Source of the DNA: Dehalococcoidia bacterium
Lineage (GTDB): Bacteria > Chloroflexota > Dehalococcoidia > Lucifugimonadales > UBA3495
Direction of reading: 5' to 3'
NCBI GenBank assembly: GCA_965220505.1
Contig: CBDCQE010000001.1
Coordinates: forward strand, 1,519,144-1,583,143
DNA length: 64,000 nucleotides
The position numbers and the translations under genes are program-made. Of this stretch, positions 1 through 9,121 are shown one piece after another. Numbering within the stretch: the stretch's first letter is position 1; the number at the start of each line of letters is the position of its first letter. The notes below the pieces were generated by a model. The model worked only from the letters and a program-made list of their open reading frames with translations. It made no database searches and was not told the DNA's origin.

Positions 1-1293
1 GCCACTCAACTGCTACCGCCGTTGGTGGACTGGCCGGACGATCTACGGGACGCCATGGGAGGGTACACCTACCTCGTGGGCGGCGGCCACGAATTTGACG
101 GGCGCGAAATCAGTTCGCTGGACCGGTCTGAAATACGCCGGGCGGTGGCTGACATGCGCCGGCAGGGGGTGAGGGCAGTTGCCGTGTCCGGCGTGTTTTC
201 GCCGGTGAACGGTGAGCACGAATCGGCGGCCGCCGACGTGATACGCGAAGAAGACCCTGACCTGCGGGTTTGCGTATCCCACGAAAACGGGAGGACCGGG
301 CTGCTGGAGCGGGAGAACGCGGCCGCGCTCAACGCCGCCCTGGGCGAACTCGCCCGACGCACCATACGCGGCATCGAGCGGGCCATCGAAGCCCTGGGGG
401 TGAACGCCCCGCTCTACCTGAGCCAAAACGACGGCACCCTGATGGACGCGGACTTCGCATCCGACTTCCCGGTGCTCACCATCGCTTCAGGGCCCACCAA
501 CAGCATGCGCGGCGCTGCCTGGCTTTCGGGAATCCGCGACGGCATCGTGGTGGACGTGGGCGGCACATCCACTGACGTGGGCGCCCTGGTGAACGGATTT
601 CCTCGAGAAGCGGCAGTCGCCGTCGAATTGGCGGGCGTGCGCACCAATTTCCGCATGCCGGACACCGTGTCGATCCCCTTGGGCGGAGGCACGGTGGTGG
701 AGCCGGCCCCCCTGCGCATCGGCCCCGAAAGCGTGGGATACCGACTGACGACGGACGGGCGGGTGTTCGGCGGCGAGACCCTAACCACTACCGACATGGC
801 GGTCGCCAGCGGCCTTGTACAGATCGGGGAAGCGAGGCTGGTAGCGGGCATGGATGCCTCGCTGGTCGACCGGGTTATGGCCGCAATCCAGCGCCGGGTC
901 GAAACCGCAATCGACCGGGTGAAACTCAGCCGCGACGACGTTCCGGTGGCGCTGGTGGGCGGCGGCAGTATCCTGCTGGGCAACAGACTGGCCGGGGCGT
1001 CGGAGGTGCTACGGCCCGAGAACTCGGGCGTAGCCAACGCCATCGGTGCGGCGATTGCCCAGGTGGGCGGCCAAGTCGAACGGGTCTACTCACTGGAAGG
1101 CATCGGGCGGGAGGAGGCCATCGCCGACTGCTCCGCCGCCGCGGTTGCCCGGGCTGTGTCCGCCGGAGCAGACCCTTCCACCATCGAGGTGGTGGAGATC
1201 GACGAGGTGCCGCTGACGTACGTACCCAGCAACGCGACCCGGGTCAGGGTGAAGGCGGTAGGCGACCTGGCCGGGCTCGGGCTGGCGCGGTGA
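1..1293 (+). CDS. Hydantoinase/oxoprolinase family protein (5' end lies outside the window)
   Basis: Motifs ERENAA, SQNDGTL, SGPTNSMRGA, DVGGTSTDVG, VANAIGAA; the frame is open back to base 1. Confidence 0.9.
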   Translation, partial: ATQLLPPLVDWPDDLRDAMGGYTYLVGGGHEFDGREISSLDRSEIRRAVADMRRQGVRAVAVSGVFSPVNGEHESAAADVIREEDPDLRVCVSHENGRTGLLERENAAALNAALGELARRTIRGIERAIEALGVNAPLYLSQNDGTLMDADFASDFPVLTIASGPTNSMRGAAWLSGIRDGIVVDVGGTSTDVGALVNGFPREAAVAVELAGVRTNFRMPDTVSIPLGGGTVVEPAPLRIGPESVGYRLTTDGRVFGGETLTTTDMAVASGLVQIGEARLVAGMDASLVDRVMAAIQRRVETAIDRVKLSRDDVPVALVGGGSILLGNRLAGASEVLRPENSGVANAIGAAIAQVGGQVERVYSLEGIGREEAIADCSAAAVARAVSAGADPSTIEVVEIDEVPLTYVPSNATRVRVKAVGDLAGLGLAR

Positions 1294-1342
1294 GTGCAAT
1301 GAGCCGCGGGCCGGCCCGTTTCGCGGCCGGGTCGCCCGGAGA

Positions 1343-1855
1343 CTACCACTCGAAGCCTAGCTGGGCGTAGCGCACGAACACCGTGCCGAATGGATCGCCG
1401 AGGGGGCCATTCACGGCCAGGACGGCGATGGTGTGCTTGTCCCCGGGTTGGGCGTCGGCTGTCACCGGAACTCGCTGCGACACGTTGAAACCCTGGACGG
1501 TGCCACGGTCGCGGTTGCACTCGCCGTCGATCCATATCTCACCGTAGTCGTCCACGCAGGTCTCGAACTGGACCCGCATCCCGCTCGTCGGTTGGCCGTT
1601 GATGGTCTCCGGGATGGTGACGGTGGCTCGATACCACGCAAAGGTGAACCCACCCGAGACCCGACCCGGCAGGTCGTTGCAAATCTCCCATCCGGAGTCG
1701 TCGTAGTCGGGCAGCCGAGCCGGACTGCCGCCCTGGGCTTCTCCCACCAAACCCAGGTTGGGCTCGCCCGGGATGTAGCCCACGGCAAAGCGCCAGGTGG
1801 TATCGGTAACCGCCTGGCCGGAGGGTTCCGCGATGTTGATAGTTGCTCGGGGCAT
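1343..1855 (-). CDS. Hypothetical protein resembling a stand-alone GH2-type sugar-binding (jelly-roll) domain
   Basis: PDYDDSGW, AWYRATVTIP, VDDYGEIWIDG and IAVLAVN patterns; start taken at MPRATIN (1855). Confidence 0.55.
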   Translation of the reverse strand: MPRATINIAEPSGQAVTDTTWRFAVGYIPGEPNLGLVGEAQGGSPARLPDYDDSGWEICNDLPGRVSGGFTFAWYRATVTIPETINGQPTSGMRVQFETCVDDYGEIWIDGECNRDRGTVQGFNVSQRVPVTADAQPGDKHTIAVLAVNGPLGDPFGTVFVRYAQLGFEW

Positions 1856-2010
1856 CGATGCACCTGCCTTTACCGGATTGAATCGTGATGTTGACGCGCT
1901 AATGGTACCGCAAAACCGGGTCCCGTACGCGGACAAAGCGGTATTGGTCCCAGTTGCCATCCGCCTTTAGCGAACCGCGTCGTCGCAGCGACCCAAACGC
2001 TGAGGCAGGG

Positions 2011-2052
2011 TTGACAAGTACGAACATGCGCTCTAATATAGTACGCACGTTC
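2011..2052 (+). promoter_or_regulatory. Sigma70 promoter overlapped by two LexA/SOS-like boxes
   Basis: TTGACA 2011-2016, 17-bp spacer, TAATAT 2034-2039; GAAC-N4-GCTC at 2022-2033 and GTAC-N4-GTTC at 2041-2052, each one mismatch from GAAC-N4-GTTC. Confidence 0.7.
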
Positions 2053-2080
2053 CGAATATCAGTTTGCGGAGGCTCAAACG

Positions 2081-3058
2081 ATGGTTGCCGCCGAAATAAC
2101 CGAAATCCGATGCAAGTCACTCATTAACCGCGTCAATGCACCTGACTTTCCGTTCCGCTGGACGATCAACCCTTATAGGGGTTGCCGGCACGCCTGCCGC
2201 TATTGTTACGCCAGATCGACGCACGAGTACTGGGGTATGGACGCCGGCGCGGATTTTGAGCGCCAGATTTTCGCCAAGATCAACGCCCCGGACGTGCTGC
2301 GCCAGGAACTGTCCCGCCCCAAGTGGCTCGGGGAGCCAATCGCCATCGGCACGGCGTCCGACCCCTACGAGCCGGCAGAAGCTCAGTACCAGCTGACCCG
2401 GCAGATCCTCGAGACGCTGATTGAGTTCCGCAATCCGGCCTCGGTAACCACCAAGGGCACGCTGGTGCGCCGGGACGTCGATGTGTTGCGCCGGCTCAAC
2501 GAAACGGCCGGCGCCCAAGTCGTATTCAGCGTCGGCACCATCGACGAGAAGGTTTGGCGCCAAACGGAGCCCGGCGCTCCGCACCCCATGGCCCGTCTGG
2601 AGGCCATGCAATACCTGGTGGAGCACGGCGTGCCGGCCGGTGTGCTGGCCGCACCGCTGTTGCCGGGACTATCCGACACCGCGGCAAGCATCGACGCCCT
2701 GGTAGCGGCGGCCGCGCAGCACCGTGCCCAGTTCCTCTCCGGCAATCTGCTGTTCCTGCGGCCCGGCAGTCGGGAATGGTTCATGCCGTTTATACGCGAG
2801 TCCTACCCGCACCTGGCCCCGGGATACGCGCGATTGTACCGGAGCGAGCACGCGCCTAGGGACTACACCAACTCCGTGCTCGCGTTGGTTGACGACGCCC
2901 GGCTGCGTTGGGAACTGCCGAGGATGCCTTCGATCAAGAACCTGCAACCGGCAACTCTGCCTGGATTCGCGGAGGCCGCCGCCACCGAACGCGAGGTCGC
3001 GAGGGTCGGGGGCGAGCCGGACGCCCCGACCCAGCTGTCGTTGCCCCTGGCTGCCTGA
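2081..3058 (+). CDS. SplB-like radical SAM protein (Rv2578c/PA0069 type)
   Basis: INPYRGCRHACRYCYAR (CxxxCxxC), GTASDPYEPAE, TTKG, EPGAPHP; GGAGG RBS. Confidence 0.9.
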   Translation: MVAAEITEIRCKSLINRVNAPDFPFRWTINPYRGCRHACRYCYARSTHEYWGMDAGADFERQIFAKINAPDVLRQELSRPKWLGEPIAIGTASDPYEPAEAQYQLTRQILETLIEFRNPASVTTKGTLVRRDVDVLRRLNETAGAQVVFSVGTIDEKVWRQTEPGAPHPMARLEAMQYLVEHGVPAGVLAAPLLPGLSDTAASIDALVAAAAQHRAQFLSGNLLFLRPGSREWFMPFIRESYPHLAPGYARLYRSEHAPRDYTNSVLALVDDARLRWELPRMPSIKNLQPATLPGFAEAAATEREVARVGGEPDAPTQLSLPLAA

Positions 3059-3532
3059 CTAGCCGGCCTCGGTCCAGATCTGTCCGCGCTGACGGACCGG
3101 TTCCAGCAGTGATTCGTCGAACGGCAGCGGATCGTAATCCGCGCGGTTGGGCGGTCGGTACCCCAGGGCGCCGCACACCGTTTCGTTGGTGTAGTAGCCC
3201 CGATAGGTCTGGGTGAGCAGTTCCTGGAAAAACTCTGGGCTTGACGCTTCGACGGACTGCAAGGCTTCAACCTGAGCCGGTTCCGCAAGAGCGACGAACG
3301 CCCCGCCGCGTTCGCCGGCGGCAAGCTCGATCTGGACCAGACCATCCAGCAGCAGCCGACGCTTGCCGGTCGAGCCGGCGGCAACCGATTCGACAAAGCC
3401 CGCGATGCCGAGGTCGCCAGCGCCGGGCATTTCGCCAGCGGCCGGTACAATACGGTTCAGCATGGCCGCCAGCAGAGCGCGTTGGGCATCGCTCAAAATG
3501 GACTGGCCGTAAATCTGGTTGGCAGTGGACAT
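3059..3532 (-). CDS. Gluconate 2-dehydrogenase subunit 3 family protein
   Basis: RIVPA..PGAGDLG..FV, FVAL..Q..AL, FF..L...T.RGYY...ALGY. Confidence 0.7.
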   Translation of the reverse strand: MSTANQIYGQSILSDAQRALLAAMLNRIVPAAGEMPGAGDLGIAGFVESVAAGSTGKRRLLLDGLVQIELAAGERGGAFVALAEPAQVEALQSVEASSPEFFQELLTQTYRGYYTNETVCGALGYRPPNRADYDPLPFDESLLEPVRQRGQIWTEAG

Positions 3533-3645
3533 GGGAAAGCCTCGTTAGGATATGGTTTGTAATATGCCGGGCGCATGGTAGCATGGTTCGAGAGGTCTCG
3601 CATTATGCAGCCGACCAAATAATGTTTATATCAGGAGATAAGATT

Positions 3646-3948
3646 ATGTACGAAATTAGATATACAGCATCCGCACTGCAACAGTTGAGGAACGTATCAC
3701 AAAGTGAAGACCGTAGCGCAATAGTTCATCGGATAAGAGAATTAACAAACAATCCCTACGGAACTAGAGCACTGAAGTATGAGTTGGCATCATATCGTAG
3801 GGCTAGAGCGGCTGGCGGGCGATATCGGATTTTCTTTAGAATTGAAGGCGGTACGGTCCGCATCGAATTTATCGGGATGAGGATCCCGGGTAACGACCAG
3901 GACGCTTACGCGTCATTCCGGCGTATGCTCACTGAAAGCAACCCTTGA
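3646..3948 (+). CDS. RelE/ParE family toxin
   Basis: MYEIRYTASALQQL...L..NP...YRRAR..GRYRIFFRIE; AGGAG RBS; AT-richer than its neighbours. Confidence 0.75.
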   Translation: MYEIRYTASALQQLRNVSQSEDRSAIVHRIRELTNNPYGTRALKYELASYRRARAAGGRYRIFFRIEGGTVRIEFIGMRIPGNDQDAYASFRRMLTESNP

Positions 3949-3964
3949 TCACGCAAAGGATCTA

Positions 3965-4309
3965 ATGATGATTGGCAACACGGACATCAGACGTGTGACG
4001 CAGTTAGTGGCTGTGGAGGACTTGGCAGAGCTCTTGCCGGCCCTGCAAAAAATCCTGAATGCCAACCCGGACGCGGTAATTGCAATTACCAGCCAAGGCA
4101 AACCGGTGATGGCATTGCTGTCATGGGGGTCTTGGGAAGATACCGAGGACATGGCCGCTACGTGGGAAACGCTGGAGATCACTGCCGACCCCAATGCCAT
4201 GGCCACCCTATGCCAGCCCCAATCCGAGGATGCCGACGCTCTTATCCCCGGAGACGTAGCTGTGCAGCAACTCATTGCCGAAGGACTGATTGACGATGAG
4301 GTGCTCTAG
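3965..4309 (+). CDS. Phd/YefM family antitoxin
   Basis: VIAITSQGKPVMALLSW..WE......ETLEI.ADP..MA.L; acidic; follows the toxin gene. Confidence 0.7.
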   Translation: MMIGNTDIRRVTQLVAVEDLAELLPALQKILNANPDAVIAITSQGKPVMALLSWGSWEDTEDMAATWETLEITADPNAMATLCQPQSEDADALIPGDVAVQQLIAEGLIDDEVL

Positions 4310-4845
4310 AAGATAATGCTAAGCGCTCCGTGGTCGGACAATTCCTCCAGGTCAAGGACGGCACGCTTCCGGCAGATCTTGAGATTGCCATCCACGCGGC
4401 GCAGGCGCAGATCGTAACGGCCCACGTAGGGCGACGCCTCCCCGGCCCGGTACCGCCACACGGCGACGGAGCACGTGACGTCAAGTTCGTTCCCTTCTTG
4501 TGCCGTCACCATTACGTTGGAGATGAACCGGCGCGTGCGTGACCACGGGTACTCCCGGTGCGCATGTCGGCTCTGCAAGCGCACCACCCGGCCCTGCATC
4601 CGGCGGTAGTCGTCGTCAATGAACACCAGGTCGGAGGCCGGGTCGCCTTCCGGCAGGTCCGTAGTCGGCACAACGTAGCGGGCATCCGACGTATACAGGG
4701 TCAACCACGCGTCGAGATTCCAGTCGTCCAACAGCCGGGCTTCGAGGTACAGCAACTGCTCCACCTCGTGCTGGAGCAACAGGGATTCGGCTGTCGCCGG
4801 CAGACCCGTCGCGTAGGGCTCGACTGGGATATTTTGGGTAACCAT
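4306..4845 (-). CDS. Aromatic ring-hydroxylating dioxygenase beta subunit
   Basis: LLYLEARLLDD, WL.LYT.DARY.VP, E.P.SRTRRFISNV, LKICRKRAVLD. Confidence 0.92.
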   Translation of the reverse strand: MVTQNIPVEPYATGLPATAESLLLQHEVEQLLYLEARLLDDWNLDAWLTLYTSDARYVVPTTDLPEGDPASDLVFIDDDYRRMQGRVVRLQSRHAHREYPWSRTRRFISNVMVTAQEGNELDVTCSVAVWRYRAGEASPYVGRYDLRLRRVDGNLKICRKRAVLDLEELSDHGALSIIF

Positions 4846-4863
4846 GAAGATCGGGCTCCCGGG

Positions 4864-6201
4864 CTAATCGTCGGCGGCAACGGTGAGTTCGGGCGAAGGC
4901 TGCACGTTGGGTATTTCACCCGGCGTCAGCCCGCGCTCGTACTGCTCGACGTGGGGACGGTCCGCGACCAAGGACTGCCAGCGGCGCCAGAAAGAGCGCA
5001 ATTGGAGCTCGTCGTTGCCCCGCGGGTCGCGGTGAAAGCCGCGCGACAGATCTGACCATTCCACGCCGCCGGAACGGAATCCCTGCTGGCACGATTCCAG
5101 AGCTTCCGTGTCGTCCGGAGTTGCGAACCCGCCGGGCCCGAGGAACGTGAGGAAAGAGTCCAGGCGGCGGTTCAACCGCGAGCCGGTCTCGCCGGCGGGA
5201 ACCATCTGCCACGCCGTCACGTCCATGCTGTCGGGGCCAGTGGGTTGGAACACGCGGATGGTCACCGCCATGATGTCGTTGATGACCAGGTTGGGAAAGA
5301 TCACCATGTTCCGGCTCTTCTCGCACATGCGGAGGGCCTTGGTGTGGCCGTGGCGGGCAATCAGCTCGTCCTTGATGCTGTTGATCTCCTCGCGGGCCTC
5401 CTCGCCGAAATATGGGTGCCACATGGCAATCGGGCGCCCATAGATCGCGTCGTTTTCCATGACGCCGTGCCCATTGCCCAGCGCCCTGCCGAAACCCTGG
5501 CGGCGGTTGATGGCGGGAATGTCGCTGCCGGCTTCGCTGGCCATGTAATCGAAATAGGTCTGGTGCGTGGGCAGCGCGTGATAGCCGTCGATGCTGTTTT
5601 CGGCGAGTAGTTTCCAGTTGGCCTTGATGGTGTAGCGGTTGGAACCGGGGATCACCTTCATCCCTTCCGGCGCCTGGTCGGCCACCAGGTCGAGGTATTC
5701 GGCCGCGCCGGCCAGGTAATCGCGCAGAGAACCGGCATCCGGGTCGAAGCACACGAAGATGAAGCCCTGGTAGCTCTCGTAGCGAGGGGAACGCAGGCTG
5801 AAATCGGCGCGGTCGAAATCGGGGCCGTAACCCTCAATGTCGGGCATCCCGATCAACTCGCCGGAGGTGTTGAAGCTCCAGGCGTGGTAGAAGCACTGGA
5901 GCACCTGCGCGTTGCCATGATCGGTGCGGCAGATGAGCGCGCCGCGATGGGGACAGGTGTTGTGGAACACCCGTAACTCACCCTGGCGGTCCCGAGCGAA
6001 AAACAGGGCACGCTCGGCAACCACCCGGCGCGCGTAGTCTCCCGGGTTGGGCACTTCCGACTCGTGCCCCAGGTACAGCCAGCAGCGATCAAAGATACGT
6101 TGTCGCTCCAGTTCGTAGATGTCGGGCGACGTCATGCTGGAGCGGTGCACCTGGAACTTGCCCAAGTCCGGCCGGTCGTACACCAGATTGTCGATATTCA
6201 T
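4864..6201 (-). CDS. Rieske aromatic ring-hydroxylating dioxygenase alpha subunit
   Basis: Rieske motif CPH-x17-CFYH; iron site ENSIDGYHALPTH and PDD; GGAGG before MNIDNL. Confidence 0.93.
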   Translation of the reverse strand: MNIDNLVYDRPDLGKFQVHRSSMTSPDIYELERQRIFDRCWLYLGHESEVPNPGDYARRVVAERALFFARDRQGELRVFHNTCPHRGALICRTDHGNAQVLQCFYHAWSFNTSGELIGMPDIEGYGPDFDRADFSLRSPRYESYQGFIFVCFDPDAGSLRDYLAGAAEYLDLVADQAPEGMKVIPGSNRYTIKANWKLLAENSIDGYHALPTHQTYFDYMASEAGSDIPAINRRQGFGRALGNGHGVMENDAIYGRPIAMWHPYFGEEAREEINSIKDELIARHGHTKALRMCEKSRNMVIFPNLVINDIMAVTIRVFQPTGPDSMDVTAWQMVPAGETGSRLNRRLDSFLTFLGPGGFATPDDTEALESCQQGFRSGGVEWSDLSRGFHRDPRGNDELQLRSFWRRWQSLVADRPHVEQYERGLTPGEIPNVQPSPELTVAADD

Positions 6202-6233
6202 ACCAACCCTCCAGGGTCTGTTCAATGGCAACG

Positions 6234-6908
6234 CTAGCGAGTCGCGTCAAAAATCAGTTCCCGGGCGCGAAACTCGAACCCCGGCATCACGTTCTCGCCG
6301 TACAGGATCTCCGGGTTCTCCACGGTTTCGGGTTCCCGGTCAGTCCGGTAGATGGTTACCTGACGGTTGCGAGGGTCAATCAGCCAACCGAGACGGACGC
6401 CGACAGTCATATATTCCGCCATCTTGCGCTGCAAGTAGGCGAGACTGTTGGATGGCGAACGAATTTCGGCCACGAAATCGGGGCACACCTGCCCGGTCCG
6501 GTACTGCTCAGCATCCAATTCGGCCAACCGTTCCGGCGAAACCCAGGAAGCGTCCGGGCCACGCCCACCCAGTCCCGGGATGCGAAGTACCACGCTGGAT
6601 GATGGCGCCAAGCCGCCGTATTCCAGAGCCCACATCGTGAGAAAGGCAATAAGCTTCGACTCATTTACGGCTCCCGGCATGTAGAGCGGCGGCATTACGA
6701 CCAGTTCCCCCGTTTCGTTGTATTCGATAGCGTACAACTCATTGGCCTCCAGGAACGCCCAAAGCGTATCGGAGTCGATCTCCGCCAGGGTCTTGCCGCC
6801 GAGCAGGGGGCGCAGGTCCAGGGTGACAGGAAGGCCGGGGCTGTCAGCGTCCAGCCAATAGGCGGCATCAGCAGCGGATTGGAGCGGTTTTGCGACTTGG
6901 GTGGTCAC
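6234..6908 (-). CDS. Uma2 family (DUF820) endonuclease-fold protein
   Basis: PDASWV, CPDFVAEIRSPS, KMAEYM..GVRLGWLIDP. Confidence 0.9.
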   Translation of the reverse strand: MTTQVAKPLQSAADAAYWLDADSPGLPVTLDLRPLLGGKTLAEIDSDTLWAFLEANELYAIEYNETGELVVMPPLYMPGAVNESKLIAFLTMWALEYGGLAPSSSVVLRIPGLGGRGPDASWVSPERLAELDAEQYRTGQVCPDFVAEIRSPSNSLAYLQRKMAEYMTVGVRLGWLIDPRNRQVTIYRTDREPETVENPEILYGENVMPGFEFRARELIFDATR

Positions 6909-6934
6909 AGGATTGTCTCCGCAGTCAACGACGG

Positions 6935-8698
6935 TCAGCGTGGAATGACCGGCAGCGTGATGTGCGACGGGTAGCGGGCGGAGTGATACACGGTTTGGCG
7001 CGCCGTTTCGAGCCGGGTGTCCACGCCGAGAGCCGCCCCGGTGTTCGGGTTCCGGTCAAAGCGCGGGAAGTTGCTGCTGGAGATATCCACCCGGACGCGA
7101 TGGCCCGGCTTGATCACGTGGCTGGTGGCCCACAGGTCGATTGTATAGCGATACACCTCGCCCGGAGTCACGAAAGACGGCTCGCGAACCGACGTGCGAT
7201 AGCGGGCGCGAATGATTCCGTCCTGGAGGTTATGTGCGAGTCCATCCGGCCGGACGTCGACCAGCTTGGCGGTGAAATCGGTGTCCACCGCAGTGGTGGC
7301 GGCATAGAGCGTCACGGAGATGGGGCCGGTCAGTTCCAGGTCGGTCTCAACTGGGTCAGACGTAAAGGACAGGACGTCCGGCCGGTCCTCCGCTGGGCCT
7401 TGGTCGAATACACCATAGTCGATGATGAGAGTGTTCCCGCCCCGGGTGGGCACGGGGTCGTTGGGGTCGTAGGTGAACTGGTCCGCCGGCTCGTTCGGCT
7501 CGGGCGGCACCGTTGACAGGGATCCGTCCCCGCTCCTAGTATTCGCGTTACCTCCCGAATGGAGGTACCAACGGGTGTACTGAGTGCGCGCCAGTGGCCA
7601 CTCGTTTTCGTCGCGCCACTTGTTATCGCCCATGACGAACAGCCGGACGGGCGGGTCGTCCATGATGCCGGTCTCTTCCCCTTTCAGCCAATAGCCGTAC
7701 CAGCGCAGCAGATAATCGTGCAGCTCAATGGCCGCTTCGGAACCGAAATCGATGTTACCGGCGCCGCCGGTGGTAGGTTCCGTGTATGGTCGCAGGTGGG
7801 CCCAGGGACCGATGAGGAGCTTCTGGTTCCGGCGGGCGGTTTCGCTTCCACCGTGCTTGCCGATGGTCTGGTAGGCGTTAAGGGCGCCCTCCAGGAAGAT
7901 GTCGTACCACGAGCTGACGTGGAACATGGGGATGGTCACGTTGCGAGCCTGCCGCTGCAGGTTGATCCCCCACCAGTACGGGCCGTCCAACTCCTCGTCG
8001 AAGTACTCGTGGAAGTAGGGTGCGGCCTCCTTCAGGCGGTCGATCCAGTCGCGCAGGGGCAGATGTCGATACCATTCATCAGACAAGGGTTGTCCGAAGT
8101 TGCCGGGCTCGATGACGTACTCGTCCATCTTGGCCAACAGGGCTTCATGGCCGCCGCGGGCCAGGGTGTTCCTGCCCTTGAGGATGGCGTAGGGAACCGT
8201 CCAGCCCCATTCCATCGCGCCGCCGGTGTGGTAGACCCAGGACTGGTGAAAGTCGGACGACGCCGAAACAACGGCCATGGTCTGCAGATGGGGCGGCAGC
8301 GGGTGCTTTCCGGCCAGCGTGTATTGGGTCGCGCCGAGGTAGCTCTGGCCGGTGGTGGCCACGCGCCCGTTGGACCAGGGTTGCCGAGCCGCCCACTCAA
8401 CCGTGTCGTAGCCGTCCAGGGCTTCCTGGAACAGCGGGTCGTAATCGCCTTCAGAGTTGAAGCGTCCGCGCACGTCCTGGCTCAGGAGGACATACCCATG
8501 GCGCGGGAAGAACCAGATGGAATGGTCGGGGTTGTCGAGGTAGCTGTCCTTGCTATACGGACCCCGGTTGATCAGCACCGGGAAACGGCCCGGCGCGTCG
8601 GGGCGCACCACGTCAGTGGCAAGGCGGGTGCCGTCACGCATGGGCACCATGACGTCGGGCTCGCGTACGACCTGGTACTGGGTTCGCTGGGCAGTCAT
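6935..8698 (-). CDS. CocE/NonD family hydrolase
   Basis: VPMRDGTRLATD, QDVRGRFNSEG, GQSYLG nucleophile elbow, WYD, GPWAH, SSSNFPRFDRNPNTG. Confidence 0.93.
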   Translation of the reverse strand: MTAQRTQYQVVREPDVMVPMRDGTRLATDVVRPDAPGRFPVLINRGPYSKDSYLDNPDHSIWFFPRHGYVLLSQDVRGRFNSEGDYDPLFQEALDGYDTVEWAARQPWSNGRVATTGQSYLGATQYTLAGKHPLPPHLQTMAVVSASSDFHQSWVYHTGGAMEWGWTVPYAILKGRNTLARGGHEALLAKMDEYVIEPGNFGQPLSDEWYRHLPLRDWIDRLKEAAPYFHEYFDEELDGPYWWGINLQRQARNVTIPMFHVSSWYDIFLEGALNAYQTIGKHGGSETARRNQKLLIGPWAHLRPYTEPTTGGAGNIDFGSEAAIELHDYLLRWYGYWLKGEETGIMDDPPVRLFVMGDNKWRDENEWPLARTQYTRWYLHSGGNANTRSGDGSLSTVPPEPNEPADQFTYDPNDPVPTRGGNTLIIDYGVFDQGPAEDRPDVLSFTSDPVETDLELTGPISVTLYAATTAVDTDFTAKLVDVRPDGLAHNLQDGIIRARYRTSVREPSFVTPGEVYRYTIDLWATSHVIKPGHRVRVDISSSNFPRFDRNPNTGAALGVDTRLETARQTVYHSARYPSHITLPVIPR

Positions 8699-8890
8699 CA
8701 GGGCACCTCCGGAGGCGGGTTGGCAATCGTTTCCGGCGTCGACTGACGGCAACGATACCCGCCGGAGTACACAGCGTCAACAAACCGGCTTGCACCGACT
8801 GACGCCGGACCGGCCACGTCTACGAGGGAGTACCACTATACGTGGGAGCGAACCGGGACGATCAGGAGCAGGGGTTCCGTTTGATTTAGG

Positions 8891-8919
8891 TTGACGCCCT
8901 ATACAGGCAGTGATAGCAT
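8891..8919 (+). promoter_or_regulatory. Inward-facing promoter at the left end of the element
   Basis: TTGACG 8891-8896, 17-bp spacer, TG-n-TAGCAT extended -10 (hexamer 8914-8919). Confidence 0.5.
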
Positions 8920-9121
8920 CGCCGGCGTGAGAGTTGATCCTTTGCCGCCGGCGAGCCATTCGTGGCATTGAAGCGTCCAGGTGGACGCGCAAACATACGG
9001 CGCAAGTCGTTTGATGGATAGGGGCCTCGTGCCTCTCTCTGCGACGGCTTGCGCTTTTGCGTCGGCGGGAACGGTCAACTCTCACAAGTAGCCCTATCCT
9101 ACTCGTGGAGGGAGGTTCCCG

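Noticed and set aside
3241-3645. N-terminal extension of the RelE ORF in the track (also 10365-10724 for the transposase and 59341-59595 for Ldh_2)
   Set aside because: The extensions overlap other genes; downstream ATGs with RBS match the family N-termini
7559-8746. Long + strand ORF of 395 aa (similar cases: 30138-31679, 24128-25162, 37191-38147, 54207-55106, 62587-63588)
   Set aside because: Antisense shadows of well-supported minus-strand genes, expected at high GC; no family motifs
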